Notes under the pieces: generated by a model
Seen by the model: only the letters and a program-made list of their open reading frames with translations
Told to the model about the DNA's origin: nothing
Database searches by the model: none
Shown here: in pieces, positions 39,671-49,449 of the stretch
Layout: every line of letters begins with the position of its first letter
How positions within the stretch are numbered: position 1 is the stretch's first letter
IMG/VR virus record: IMGVR_UViG_3300030673_000004
Coordinates: 310,001 to 374,000 of that record
Length of the DNA: 64,000 bases
Direction: 5' to 3' (one strand)
Made by a program: the position numbers and the translations under genes

Positions 39671-42600
39671 ATGACTTTGATCAACAACTGGACAAACTCA
39701 ACAGGAACGTTATCACCAACAACGGCTGCCTACGTTTCGGCTATTGGACAAGACAATTATATTCTGACGACAGGCACACAAGGAGACTCCCCCTATTACT
39801 CCAATGATGGCGGAAGTACATGGACAGCAGCAACTGTTAATGATACTTGGGCGGGCAAGACTACTATGTGTCTAGCTACGGTTTCAAGCGATAGTCGCAT
39901 ATACCTAATAAACCAAGCGATTCCCAAACTTTATGTGTCTGTTGACCATGGTGCTACTTATTCTGTAGCCTCATCGGGAAACCAGTATACATGTCTAACA
40001 TGTGTGGGATCAACACTGTTTGCTACTTTAGAAACAGGTACTACACTATATAAAAGTACTGATCATGGTGTAACTTTTACTGCTATAGCAACACCTGATA
40101 CTACGGCCACAGCCATCTTCGTAGCAGCTAACTCTACTTGTTTGTTTTTATGCAGTACCGACACAAATACACATTTAATCAATATGTACAGAAGTCAAGA
40201 TTCGGGAACCTCTTGGACTCAGATTCTGACAAATTATACCATAGGTTTTATAGGCGAACTGTTTCACACAACAAATAGCACATACCTAAGCATTTATGAT
40301 GTCCCATCAAATTCTATTTTATTGCTAAAATCTGACGATAATTTCAGCACCAGCACACCTATAACGGCACTATCGGCAATAATGCCCGCTCCCATAGTTT
40401 TGGGAGGTGCTGACAGCTCTAATGACATCTATGTCGTTAGTTTCTATACGTCTGGTGTGCTTGCTACTAGCAATGATAGCGGGACTTCGTTTGTGAATGA
40501 AGCCCCTGATAGTAACGGGCAAGTAACGCTTGCAATAGGCGATACAAGTATTGTTGCCATTACAAACTCACCTTCGTCGGGTATTACTGCGGTATACAGT
40601 GGAATGCTTCCTGGGGGCATAGTTAAACCCAATAAGCCTACGATTAGTCCAGCAACAATAACAAATGCAAGTCCACTCACAGTAACACTAGAAACAGCTA
40701 CAACAGGCGCAGCACTATACTACACCCTAGACGGAACAGATCCAACAGAATCTTCTACACTGTATACGTCTCCGTTTACACTAACCTACGCTGTACCCAC
40801 AATATGCACAGTGAAAGCTATCGCAGTAGCTAACTCCATATCAAGTACAGTAGCCACACAGGTATACCATATCGGCAACCAGGTAAGCGCACCTGTCATC
40901 ACAGGTACCCTAAATACCTATGGTGCCAACATGACAATCACCATCACAGATACTACGGATGGTGCTCTTATCTACTATACGGATGATGGAACTACCCCAA
41001 CAACAACATCTGCAGCATATACAGAGCCATTTTTAACGTTTGAATCCTCTATTGATATTAAAGCAATCGCAGTCAAATCGGGATACTTTGATAGTAGTAT
41101 TGCAGAGTCACTAATTAATACAGGAATCGCAGTCTCCACGTATCCCACACTGGGACCCTATCTTAATACGTACAATTGCAACCCTGTTGCTTCTGCTACT
41201 AGAAAATTTACAATAGGTACTACAGCACACATTGAAATGCTAAGTACTACAGATGGTGTACATGACCAAGCACCCATCTATTACACACTTGACGGATCCA
41301 CACCAACAATAGCAAGTACACAATATGCAGCTCCGCTAAGTATTACAGAATCCTGTGTAGTCAAAGCGGTTTCTATTAAAGGTGTGAAGACACCCACAAT
41401 TGGACCTGTTGCAACTATCACGTACACGTTTACGGCTGGAGTACTTGCAAAACCAACAGCCTACACATTAGGTGCTGAATATGTAGATCTTACAACAGGT
41501 ACGCATACAACAACTACAAGTGATCCTGGTTATGTGTTAACGGCTGTATTTATCCCCGACTACAATAACGGGATAGGAGCTTTAGCTACAGCAGAAGGAA
41601 CTCTAGGAAATGTTACCCCAAGCTACATTTACTTGTGTGATCCAATTACGTATGAACCCTTCAAGAGACTCACACAACTCGATAACGGCGATAATATCCG
41701 AGCCTTGGCTTACTCAACAGACACAGGCACATTATATGCAGCTACAGAAAACAAAAACCTCTACAGTATTGATCTTAACACAGAAACGATAACAACACTT
41801 AGTGTACTATTACCAAACCCAATATACTATTATTTAATATATAACAACGTAGATCAGTGCTTGTATGGATACTGCTCGGGGTCCATCAATTCACTTGTAA
41901 AATACAATACAGTAACAAGCACGCTTTCGACAATAACTTCTAATGCACTTTACCATGTTGATTTTTGTGATCCTATAACAGGAACTCTTTATGGGCACTC
42001 AGGCACAGGTAACAATCCTGGTCTTTTTACCATAGACCCAAACACAGGAGTAGCTACAGAAGTAATCACAACTACAACATCCTATGATAAGGTACTTCAT
42101 GATAACATAAGTGGTAATACATATGCGCTTACATACCCGGGCAACGCTGCAGTTACTGCATACACATTAGACTTAGCAGCACGAACTGAAACATTAAAAT
42201 TTACAGCAGCACTTACGCAGGGAGTCCAGGACACGACTATTGCCAGTACAGCTACAGTACCAGCACCCCTATTCTCTGTTGCGGGCGGATCATACAACAT
42301 AGCACAAACCGTAGCAATAACAAATAGACTTACAGGGATAAATATCTATTATACGCTTGATGGAACAGCACCAACAGCTAACTCTACATTATACACAGAA
42401 CCTCTACTCGTAGAGTATCCTCTAACGCTAAAAGCAATTGCAACTAAATCCGGATTTGCACAAAGTTATGCCACAGTAGCAACATACAATATAAGCTATA
42501 CAAAAGTACCTAAACCTATATTATCTGTAGCATCTGGAAGCTTTACAAACGACCAAACTGTAACATTATCAGATACAAAAGAAGGTGTAACATTCTACTA

Positions 42601-43723
42601 CACAATAGATGGAACAACACCAACAACAACATCTTTGCTCTACACAGGTCCAATCACTATTTCAGGAAATACAACACTTCAAGCTATTGGTATATTTGAA
42701 GGTTTAACAAACAGTGACATAGTATCTGCTACATACACATTCTCATGCATAACACCTACAGCATCCATCCCGGCAGGAACATGGGGTGCTACAAAAATAA
42801 TTACGCTTTCTTCTGAAACAAATAATACAAAAATCTACTACACCACAGATGGTACAGCACCAACCCAAAATTCTGCTATTTATAGTACGCCAATACATTT
42901 AGTAACGACAGCAACATTAGCGTTCGTAGCAACAAAACATGGATATGCTTCCACGTCAGTAGTCACAAACGTGTATACAATCATTCGAGGGGACCTATAC
43001 TATGGAAGCTATAATGTAAAAGTTGTCAATACAACAAATAATGTTTCTGCTAAGCTAAACTCGTTCTATGACGGCAACATGTGTGCCGTAGCTGCTGACG
43101 GTCAGTCTCTTTATGCCTTAGGCACAGCGGGCCTAACAACAATAAACCCTCACACAGGAGAGTACACAACAGTTGCACTTTCAATAACAGATACTATTGA
43201 GGGTGATTCATTCGTATCAGCAACATATTACGATAATGCAATATATGCATGCGTATCCAGTGGTGGTTCAGATAGTGGCGTTTATAAAATAGACCCAAAA
43301 ACATACAGTGTGACATTAGTACGTAAACACAATTATGTACAAGGCATAACTGTATATAATGAAAAGATCTATTTTTGCACTCCCTATGAAGCTATAAAGT
43401 ATATGAATCTTGATGGGTCCAATGAGACAGTACTGAACTCATCCACATCATATATGTGGGGAAGCCTAATCGTCTTTAATGACTATTTATATGCAGGAAG
43501 TTATGAATATACTAATACGTCATTAACAAAAGTACCTGGCGGGATTTACAAAATAGATCTAACAACAGGAAGCATCGTTAGTATAATAAATCAAGAGCTA
43601 GATCGCTACTGGGTAGGTCTTGCTGCCGGTACGGATCAGCTCTATGCTAGAGATAGCTTAACAGGCATATATAGAGTTAATGTACACAACAATACAGTAA
43701 CTCAGATTGTGAGTGAATTCTAA
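39671..43723 (+). CDS. Fibre/adhesin-like protein: N-terminal BNR propeller, six CHB_HEX_C_1 repeats and two further propeller-like regions
   Basis: Asp-boxes (S.D.G.TW/TY/TF) and YYT.DG..PT x6. Confidence 0.7.
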   Translation: MTLINNWTNSTGTLSPTTAAYVSAIGQDNYILTTGTQGDSPYYSNDGGSTWTAATVNDTWAGKTTMCLATVSSDSRIYLINQAIPKLYVSVDHGATYSVASSGNQYTCLTCVGSTLFATLETGTTLYKSTDHGVTFTAIATPDTTATAIFVAANSTCLFLCSTDTNTHLINMYRSQDSGTSWTQILTNYTIGFIGELFHTTNSTYLSIYDVPSNSILLLKSDDNFSTSTPITALSAIMPAPIVLGGADSSNDIYVVSFYTSGVLATSNDSGTSFVNEAPDSNGQVTLAIGDTSIVAITNSPSSGITAVYSGMLPGGIVKPNKPTISPATITNASPLTVTLETATTGAALYYTLDGTDPTESSTLYTSPFTLTYAVPTICTVKAIAVANSISSTVATQVYHIGNQVSAPVITGTLNTYGANMTITITDTTDGALIYYTDDGTTPTTTSAAYTEPFLTFESSIDIKAIAVKSGYFDSSIAESLINTGIAVSTYPTLGPYLNTYNCNPVASATRKFTIGTTAHIEMLSTTDGVHDQAPIYYTLDGSTPTIASTQYAAPLSITESCVVKAVSIKGVKTPTIGPVATITYTFTAGVLAKPTAYTLGAEYVDLTTGTHTTTTSDPGYVLTAVFIPDYNNGIGALATAEGTLGNVTPSYIYLCDPITYEPFKRLTQLDNGDNIRALAYSTDTGTLYAATENKNLYSIDLNTETITTLSVLLPNPIYYYLIYNNVDQCLYGYCSGSINSLVKYNTVTSTLSTITSNALYHVDFCDPITGTLYGHSGTGNNPGLFTIDPNTGVATEVITTTTSYDKVLHDNISGNTYALTYPGNAAVTAYTLDLAARTETLKFTAALTQGVQDTTIASTATVPAPLFSVAGGSYNIAQTVAITNRLTGINIYYTLDGTAPTANSTLYTEPLLVEYPLTLKAIATKSGFAQSYATVATYNISYTKVPKPILSVASGSFTNDQTVTLSDTKEGVTFYYTIDGTTPTTTSLLYTGPITISGNTTLQAIGIFEGLTNSDIVSATYTFSCITPTASIPAGTWGATKIITLSSETNNTKIYYTTDGTAPTQNSAIYSTPIHLVTTATLAFVATKHGYASTSVVTNVYTIIRGDLYYGSYNVKVVNTTNNVSAKLNSFYDGNMCAVAADGQSLYALGTAGLTTINPHTGEYTTVALSITDTIEGDSFVSATYYDNAIYACVSSGGSDSGVYKIDPKTYSVTLVRKHNYVQGITVYNEKIYFCTPYEAIKYMNLDGSNETVLNSSTSYMWGSLIVFNDYLYAGSYEYTNTSLTKVPGGIYKIDLTTGSIVSIINQELDRYWVGLAAGTDQLYARDSLTGIYRVNVHNNTVTQIVSEF

Positions 43724-44586
43724 TGAGTGCTGCTAATCTAACGTATTACGTATTCCTAGTAAGTTCTCCCGTAATAACACCAGCATCCGGTTACTATAGT
43801 GCAAACCAAAACATGCAAGTAACAATAACCAACCAAACAGATGGCGCTGTAGTTTTTTACACAACAGATGGAAGTGATCCTACAACAGCATCACAGGCAT
43901 ACTCAGGACAATTTAATATAACAGCACCAGCTACAATAAAGGCTATTGCGGTTGGAACCACTACAAGCAGTATTGTTGAAGAAAACTTTAGTGTTCATGA
44001 GCGAGCACAACCCCCTACAATACTACCAGCACCAGGAACATACCAAGGCTCCATTACAGCTACAATTACAACGACCACAGTTGGTGCTTCTATATATTAC
44101 TCAACTAATGGAACTAACCCAACAGCCACGTCTGGGATACTTTACTCCGGCCCCATTACAGTAAGTAAAACAGAAAAGATTAAAGCTATTGCCGTCTCAT
44201 CAAATTATGACAATAGTAATATCACAGCCGCATCATACACAATAACTGAGTTACCAATAGCACCAGCACCATCTATAACACCAAAAACAGGACAATATAC
44301 AACATCAACAGTTGTTACTCTCCAAACAGCACTAGCTTCTGGGGTTATCTATTACACAGTAGATGGAACTATCCCGACAGTTCATTCTACACATTATACA
44401 AATCCAATTACAGTGACTGAAGATACTACAATAAACGCTATTGTTATTGCAGATAACTATAAAAACAGTGCTATAACATCATCAGTGTATAGCCTTGTAG
44501 CCCCGCAACAAAGCTATCTAAACATATATGACTTCAAAATGGGATTACGAAAAGTAGACTCTTTTGCAACGGACAAAGACATATGA
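43723..44586 (+). CDS. Three CHB_HEX_C_1 repeats plus a C-terminal YDFKMGLR motif
   Basis: FYTTDGSDP, YYSTNGTNP and YYTVDGTIP. The C-terminal motif is shared with 35709..38960. Confidence 0.7.
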   Translation: MSAANLTYYVFLVSSPVITPASGYYSANQNMQVTITNQTDGAVVFYTTDGSDPTTASQAYSGQFNITAPATIKAIAVGTTTSSIVEENFSVHERAQPPTILPAPGTYQGSITATITTTTVGASIYYSTNGTNPTATSGILYSGPITVSKTEKIKAIAVSSNYDNSNITAASYTITELPIAPAPSITPKTGQYTTSTVVTLQTALASGVIYYTVDGTIPTVHSTHYTNPITVTEDTTINAIVIADNYKNSAITSSVYSLVAPQQSYLNIYDFKMGLRKVDSFATDKDI

Positions 44587-45104
44587 CAACGAGACAACCG
44601 CAAAACTACCCATGGTACATTGAATTAAGAAAACACCTAATAGATCCTTTCTTCAAATCACAGAAAACGGGATCCATAGGACGCATGTTCTCTACAGTAA
44701 CATTTGGCATCTGCTGTTATTACTGGTTAAGCAGAACAGGCTCATCTAATCATGAAGCACCGGCATCCCTGCTTCAAGTGTTCTTCTGGACTACGGGTTA
44801 TGTGTTCGCCAATAAGGTAGTACATACTACATCAAAACACATAGCATCTTACCAGAACGCCGCCGTGCCAGCGATACCTTCAATTAATAGCTTCGGTCAC
44901 GGCACCACACAGGTACAGCCAACTACACCCCCAGTACCTACGGTAAAGCAAGCTGCAGCAAAAGGAACCAAGACATCAAAAAAGACAGCACCTGTAATCC
45001 CTACAGAAGATTCACAGGAACCTGAGGATTCATCTGATCAAACCACAGATGACAATGCAACGCAAGCGTCGGGTGATACTGTCATAGATAGTGATGCAGG
45101 ATAA
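44583..45104 (+). CDS. Membrane protein with two hydrophobic segments (holin-like) and a Pro/Thr/acidic tail
   Basis: Hydrophobic segments IGRMFSTVTFGICCYYWLS and SLLQVFFWTTGYVFANK. Confidence 0.5.
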   Translation: MTTRQPQNYPWYIELRKHLIDPFFKSQKTGSIGRMFSTVTFGICCYYWLSRTGSSNHEAPASLLQVFFWTTGYVFANKVVHTTSKHIASYQNAAVPAIPSINSFGHGTTQVQPTTPPVPTVKQAAAKGTKTSKKTAPVIPTEDSQEPEDSSDQTTDDNATQASGDTVIDSDAG

Positions 45105-45144
45105 ATAAAAAGAGGACCCAGGGCATGCACACCCGAGGTCCTCT
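45103..45144 (-). terminator. Intrinsic terminator on the minus strand (ends the small RNA)
   Basis: Minus strand reads AGAGGACC-ucGGG-loop-CCCu-gGGUCCUCU-UUUUAUUU. The U-tract exists only on the minus strand. Confidence 0.75.
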
Positions 45145-45261
45145 CCCGGTAGTCAAAAGCTCTTCAGGAGCTTAGTGTCACCTCAACTAACTGTTGAGCT
45201 GATGACTACAGGCTACGTTTCGAGCCGAAGCCCGTAAGGATGTCTCTGAAGAACCGTCCTC
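45105..45261 (-). ncRNA. Novel structured small RNA (~157 nt)
   Basis: Bounded by a near-consensus promoter and a terminator, with no ORF. Three-way junction: closing stem 45149-55/45203-09, hairpins 45157-73 and 45182-98. Additional hairpin 45211-26 and a 7-bp long-range pairing 45161-67/45246-52. Confidence 0.75.
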
Positions 45262-45267
45262 AATCAA

Positions 45268-45296
45268 AATATAACATACTACCTAGTGATTGTCAA
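45268..45296 (-). promoter_or_regulatory. Sigma70 promoter TTGACA-N17-TATATT with extended -10 TG
   Basis: Minus strand reads TTGACA atcactaggtagtatgt TATATT. Predicted start is the G at ~45261. Confidence 0.8.
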
Positions 45297-45346
45297 GGTC
45301 TAATAACTTCTTCGTAGAAGATATTGGCAAAAGGTACCTATTACTC

Positions 45347-47584
45347 ATGGCTAACACATCTAGAACTCGTCCAGACTTTAGCAATGCCTTGATGGCACCG
45401 GACATGCTAGCAACAGCCTTTGATACGGCTGATAATGATCTAAAGAATGTTCTCCAAGCTGTCACAGCTAATACGGGAACAGGTATCGTTTCAACCATCG
45501 ACCCAACAGCAGAGAACTCTCCCCTATGGGTTTTGGCAGTAACAGATAAAACGATGTACTGGGATGTGTACCCAGGAACAGCCGTTACAGCCTCGGGGAA
45601 ATTTCTAACAACTACAAGCACAACACGAGTTCCCCTAGTGGATATAAGTGACGGTGCCGAGAATTTGATCATAATAAAAGCTGTTACAACACCATTAGAA
45701 CACTATGTACTTAATAGTGTAGGTGATGTTGTAGATGCCGGTGACATGGAGTCATGTGAGATTGGCTGCATGACGTACAGCGAATATCTAAATCTGCAAG
45801 CAACGGCTACGACAGATACATATGATACGCTAAACATAGACGACATTGTTGTTCTTGGGGTTGTAGCATGGGATGCATCTGCCGGGCCAACGTTATACAC
45901 AGCAGCAACAACACGCTACTCTTGGCTGCGCCCATGGTTCACAGCCGTGGATGTAGAACATCGCTCCAAAATTGGTACGGGGACAGTATCAGATACTAAC
46001 CCGCATGGACAAAGCTTAGCAGATCTACAGATAGGTGGTACAACCATCTATGAACATCTGACCAGCTCAGGTATGATCTACAGCAAAGACTACAGCACTA
46101 TTGGCATACCCGGTGTTTATTGCTATCAGAGATTTCTTTCAGATGCCATACAATTAGATACTACAGGCGAAGTAACAAGCGACTCCCCCTATGGTGGGTT
46201 GAATGCACAATATGTAGTACTGTCTAATTTCCCAAACACAATCACGTCCGTTCGCAAGGTAAGCAGTAAGCGTGAGATGTGCGGTGGCATGGTCCCACGA
46301 AGCAACATTTTTGTTTTCTCCCGGCAGGAAACCATAGATGATACCATAGATATTTGGTACTTCAAAACAGATAGCTTAACCGTATCTTCTGTTGCATCCA
46401 CGTCACTCACACTGACAACAATGCAAAACAGTGATTTGGCTATTACAGGTGGACAAGCGTTATCCTCTGTAGGGAACACGACATTACAATTCCGTAGATA
46501 TGGAAGTATTCCACGGTCACTAACAGCTTTAATCTCAACAACAGGAAAGCTGTTCCCAGACCCTTACGTTCTTGTGCAGAGTACTCTCGTAACGGATGTA
46601 TCAGGGGACAGTCAAACAAATGAGATTGAACTATATGCACCGGCCCTACTAGGTGTCGGCGTAAGTTCTTTTGCAGCCACACAGAGTGCCTATCTAGCTG
46701 TTCGACTCTACGGTACGGATACAAATGGGGCTGCTATCAAAGAAACTCTAGAGTTCAAAGGCTCTGCCGTTACTGAAGCACCTGTTGGATCAACAGTTGA
46801 AAGCGCCACACAAGTTCTGTTCACACAACAGACATTCTACTCCCTCGTATCTTGGGAAGTCATTACAACAGCATCAATGGCACCAGCAAACCTAAATTTT
46901 GGTTGCGCTATCACGATTTATGCGAAAACAGATCTTGCCAGTTCTAAGCTAGCATCGGCAGTATCCGCTCACTGGACAGGCAGTTCTATCATAAATGCAC
47001 GAGACTCCCGCCGAATCTTACCTATAGTAACGGACGGCGAATACGGGTTAACACCGATAACGCAGGCGGCTGAGAGCATAGGTTTAGCTAGCCAGATAAA
47101 CTCCGTTACATTAGGTAGAGTGCCCGCACAACTTATATGCGCCGAAGACTTCAGACAGCCTAAATACATCAACATAACTAAATGTGCTTGGCGTGGAAAT
47201 AAGCTCCAATCTCCTAGCATAACAAGCATTCACGCCACATCTACAAATGTTGTAGAGTGCTATAAATCTCGGTTCATACCGACACTCATGAGTGAAACAT
47301 ACACATTTCAAGTATGTGTTGTTTTATTCGGCAATGATGTTCTAGCTGATACAGGAAGCGTTCGCTGCATTATTCGTGATTGGTCTGATGTAGAATATGA
47401 GACGATACTAAAACCCTATAGCGGTGATGCTAACAAGCGTACATATCTCTGCTACTCCACTATACCAGCACGGGCAGTAGCTTTCACTATTTCAGGCACA
47501 GCTAATGGATTTGCTGCATATCTAATGCAAAACTCTAATCCAGATGCTGCCTACTACACCACATTGACACTAACAGGTATCTAA
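45347..47584 (+). CDS. Virion structural protein; fused equivalent of 23776..26367 plus the N-terminus of 26364..27218
   Basis: Start moved to ATG 45347 (SD AAGGT), because the TTG at 45290 overlaps the antisense -35 box. Paralogy blocks as listed for 23776..26367. Confidence 0.7.
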   Translation: MANTSRTRPDFSNALMAPDMLATAFDTADNDLKNVLQAVTANTGTGIVSTIDPTAENSPLWVLAVTDKTMYWDVYPGTAVTASGKFLTTTSTTRVPLVDISDGAENLIIIKAVTTPLEHYVLNSVGDVVDAGDMESCEIGCMTYSEYLNLQATATTDTYDTLNIDDIVVLGVVAWDASAGPTLYTAATTRYSWLRPWFTAVDVEHRSKIGTGTVSDTNPHGQSLADLQIGGTTIYEHLTSSGMIYSKDYSTIGIPGVYCYQRFLSDAIQLDTTGEVTSDSPYGGLNAQYVVLSNFPNTITSVRKVSSKREMCGGMVPRSNIFVFSRQETIDDTIDIWYFKTDSLTVSSVASTSLTLTTMQNSDLAITGGQALSSVGNTTLQFRRYGSIPRSLTALISTTGKLFPDPYVLVQSTLVTDVSGDSQTNEIELYAPALLGVGVSSFAATQSAYLAVRLYGTDTNGAAIKETLEFKGSAVTEAPVGSTVESATQVLFTQQTFYSLVSWEVITTASMAPANLNFGCAITIYAKTDLASSKLASAVSAHWTGSSIINARDSRRILPIVTDGEYGLTPITQAAESIGLASQINSVTLGRVPAQLICAEDFRQPKYINITKCAWRGNKLQSPSITSIHATSTNVVECYKSRFIPTLMSETYTFQVCVVLFGNDVLADTGSVRCIIRDWSDVEYETILKPYSGDANKRTYLCYSTIPARAVAFTISGTANGFAAYLMQNSNPDAAYYTTLTLTGI

Positions 47585-47586
47585 CA

Positions 47587-48465
47587 ATGGTTAATGCATT
47601 CTTCTTGGCAGGACTAAGTAAGCTACACTACACAGTAATGAATAAAGTAATTGCTGCTGGAAAAACACCAGGATTGTTATCAGATAATGTCTCTTTAACC
47701 ATATCAAATGATATACTAACTGTCGGTGCTCATGAAGTTTTATTCCCCTGTGGATTATATGCCAACATAGATGCATCTTACGACATAGCTCTGTCGGAAT
47801 ACAGTTTAGCTAAGTCAGCGACGAAATCATCTTGGACTATTTATTGGTTAGCGGATTCAAATCTAGTATCATCACCGCAAATAGCCCTAAAGCGTGGTAT
47901 CATTACACAGGACGCAGCTACTGATTATCAGTGTGTCATTGGTTGGTTGATCTACCCAGGAAATAACATAGACCTAAGCAACTCTGTTACTGTTGCAACA
48001 ATAAAAGAAGAAAAGACATTACTCAAAACGTGTCGTCCTTATATAGATCTAGTTCATACATCTATACCACCAAGCATAACAGCATCTGAAGTTGTTAATG
48101 ATTATACAACAGCTATTAAGTTAGTAAATAGCTCAGCGTCCTCTATCACCGTGGAGCTAACAGCCTACGGTCTAACAGATGATCAGGTACCAGGTGAGCT
48201 TATCTTCAGATCAGCCACATCCGATTCTGGATTCACACTCTCTGCTGAGATAGCAACATCAGCAGGTACCGGCATTTCTGCAGGCAATACAGCAACACTT
48301 GCGTCCGGAAGCAGCATAGTAAAGTTTCCTTTAGCATATCAGCAAGAATACTTTACTACTTGGTCACCATTTGCAATAAACCTCTATGTAAAGATCCCAG
48401 CACTGGGAACTATTAGTATCAATAGCTTAATTGTAACAAATAGCCCACGTTTATCCGTAGGCTAA
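47587..48465 (+). CDS. Hypothetical, probably virion protein
   Basis: Beta-rich and closely spaced after the previous gene. Confidence 0.6.
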   Translation: MVNAFFLAGLSKLHYTVMNKVIAAGKTPGLLSDNVSLTISNDILTVGAHEVLFPCGLYANIDASYDIALSEYSLAKSATKSSWTIYWLADSNLVSSPQIALKRGIITQDAATDYQCVIGWLIYPGNNIDLSNSVTVATIKEEKTLLKTCRPYIDLVHTSIPPSITASEVVNDYTTAIKLVNSSASSITVELTAYGLTDDQVPGELIFRSATSDSGFTLSAEIATSAGTGISAGNTATLASGSSIVKFPLAYQQEYFTTWSPFAINLYVKIPALGTISINSLIVTNSPRLSVG

Positions 48466-48491
48466 TCACCATTTACAGATAGAGGCACATC

Positions 48492-49040
48492 ATGGTTGAC
48501 AACGACTTTATTACTGGACGCTACTCAATTGTTAAATTCAGGTTAAATCCTGATCGTCGTAGTCATAACCGGCTAATTACCTCTACCCTCGGTAAGTATG
48601 GCGTTGTGAATAGTGACTGGGCCAATGAGCAAGCCGACAATGAGACCAGAGCACCTAGCCCCAATGAATTTTGGCTGGTTCGATGCGATGGTGAAATCAA
48701 AGCTAGGTGCCGTGAGGGTCTGTTGATCTTGTCACCGATTCAGTATATACCACGTAAATACGTGCTAACACTACTTGATGGCATGTTCACTGAGTTCACC
48801 GAGTCAGGCGTCCGATACATCGAACCCAAGTGGAAGGATCGCTACTGGATTCTACCGCTAGAATACCGCAGACAAATACCCAAGGAGGAAGCTCATGCTG
48901 TTATCGTGCTCAACTATCCGCATGCCATCGGCCCTGTAGGAGAAGACTACCCAGAAGATGCACAAGAGCTAGTTCAGAAGCCAGATGCTATCTGGAGTCA
49001 GGCTCAGATCATAACAACACCTGAAAATACTGAGGCATAA
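48492..49040 (+). CDS. Hypothetical protein
   Basis: SD AGAGG upstream. No motif recognised. Confidence 0.7.
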   Translation: MVDNDFITGRYSIVKFRLNPDRRSHNRLITSTLGKYGVVNSDWANEQADNETRAPSPNEFWLVRCDGEIKARCREGLLILSPIQYIPRKYVLTLLDGMFTEFTESGVRYIEPKWKDRYWILPLEYRRQIPKEEAHAVIVLNYPHAIGPVGEDYPEDAQELVQKPDAIWSQAQIITTPENTEA

Positions 49041-49044
49041 GTCC

Positions 49045-49449
49045 ATGCCTGCTGTAGATCTCTTTCCAGACATCAAGTCAGTTAAAGCACTCCAGCAGGC
49101 ATTGTTCTCATACCCACCGAATGAGATTGAAAAGTACGACTTAGCATCTAGACAGCTCATCTTAAGCACTTTGATTGCAAAAGCAGAAGCTGTCTCACAT
49201 AAACTACCAGACTACTATTATAGCACGCATACGCATCCTGAATTGATTGATGCGTACCAAGCCAAAATAGGTTATGTGCCCATGTCACTGCTCGATCAAG
49301 TAAATGAAGCCTGGGCTGGTAACTTTGAAACACTTGAACAATACTACGAATTCATCTCTGTGTACAAAAAAGCAAATATCCAAAGTTCGTACATAGCGCC
49401 ACAGCAAGATGCACAAGAGGCTGCTGTCGTAGATCCGGTACAGTACTAA
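49045..49449 (+). CDS. Hypothetical protein
   Basis: TAATG-coupled to the helicase gene. Confidence 0.7.
   Translation: MPAVDLFPDIKSVKALQQALFSYPPNEIEKYDLASRQLILSTLIAKAEAVSHKLPDYYYSTHTHPELIDAYQAKIGYVPMSLLDQVNEAWAGNFETLEQYYEFISVYKKANIQSSYIAPQQDAQEAAVVDPVQY

Noticed and set aside
26364-44586. Diversity-generating retroelement or invertible fibre shufflon
   Set aside because: No reverse transcriptase or recombinase, no adenine-only variable/template repeat pair and no inverted crossover sites were seen. The repeats are diverged at the protein level.
45145-45230. IscB omega/HEARO RNA remnant (GTCAA...GTTGA...CTACGTT)
   Set aside because: Only loose word matches, on the strand opposite the promoter, with no downstream HEARO motifs and no IscB/TnpB gene in the window.
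45150-45265. Hammerhead ribozyme (CUGAUGA/CUGAAGA, GAAAC and GUC motifs occur on both strands)
   Set aside because: The + strand has no GAAA between CUGAUGA and GUC. On the - strand, stems II and III give at most 1-2 bp. The core cannot be assembled.
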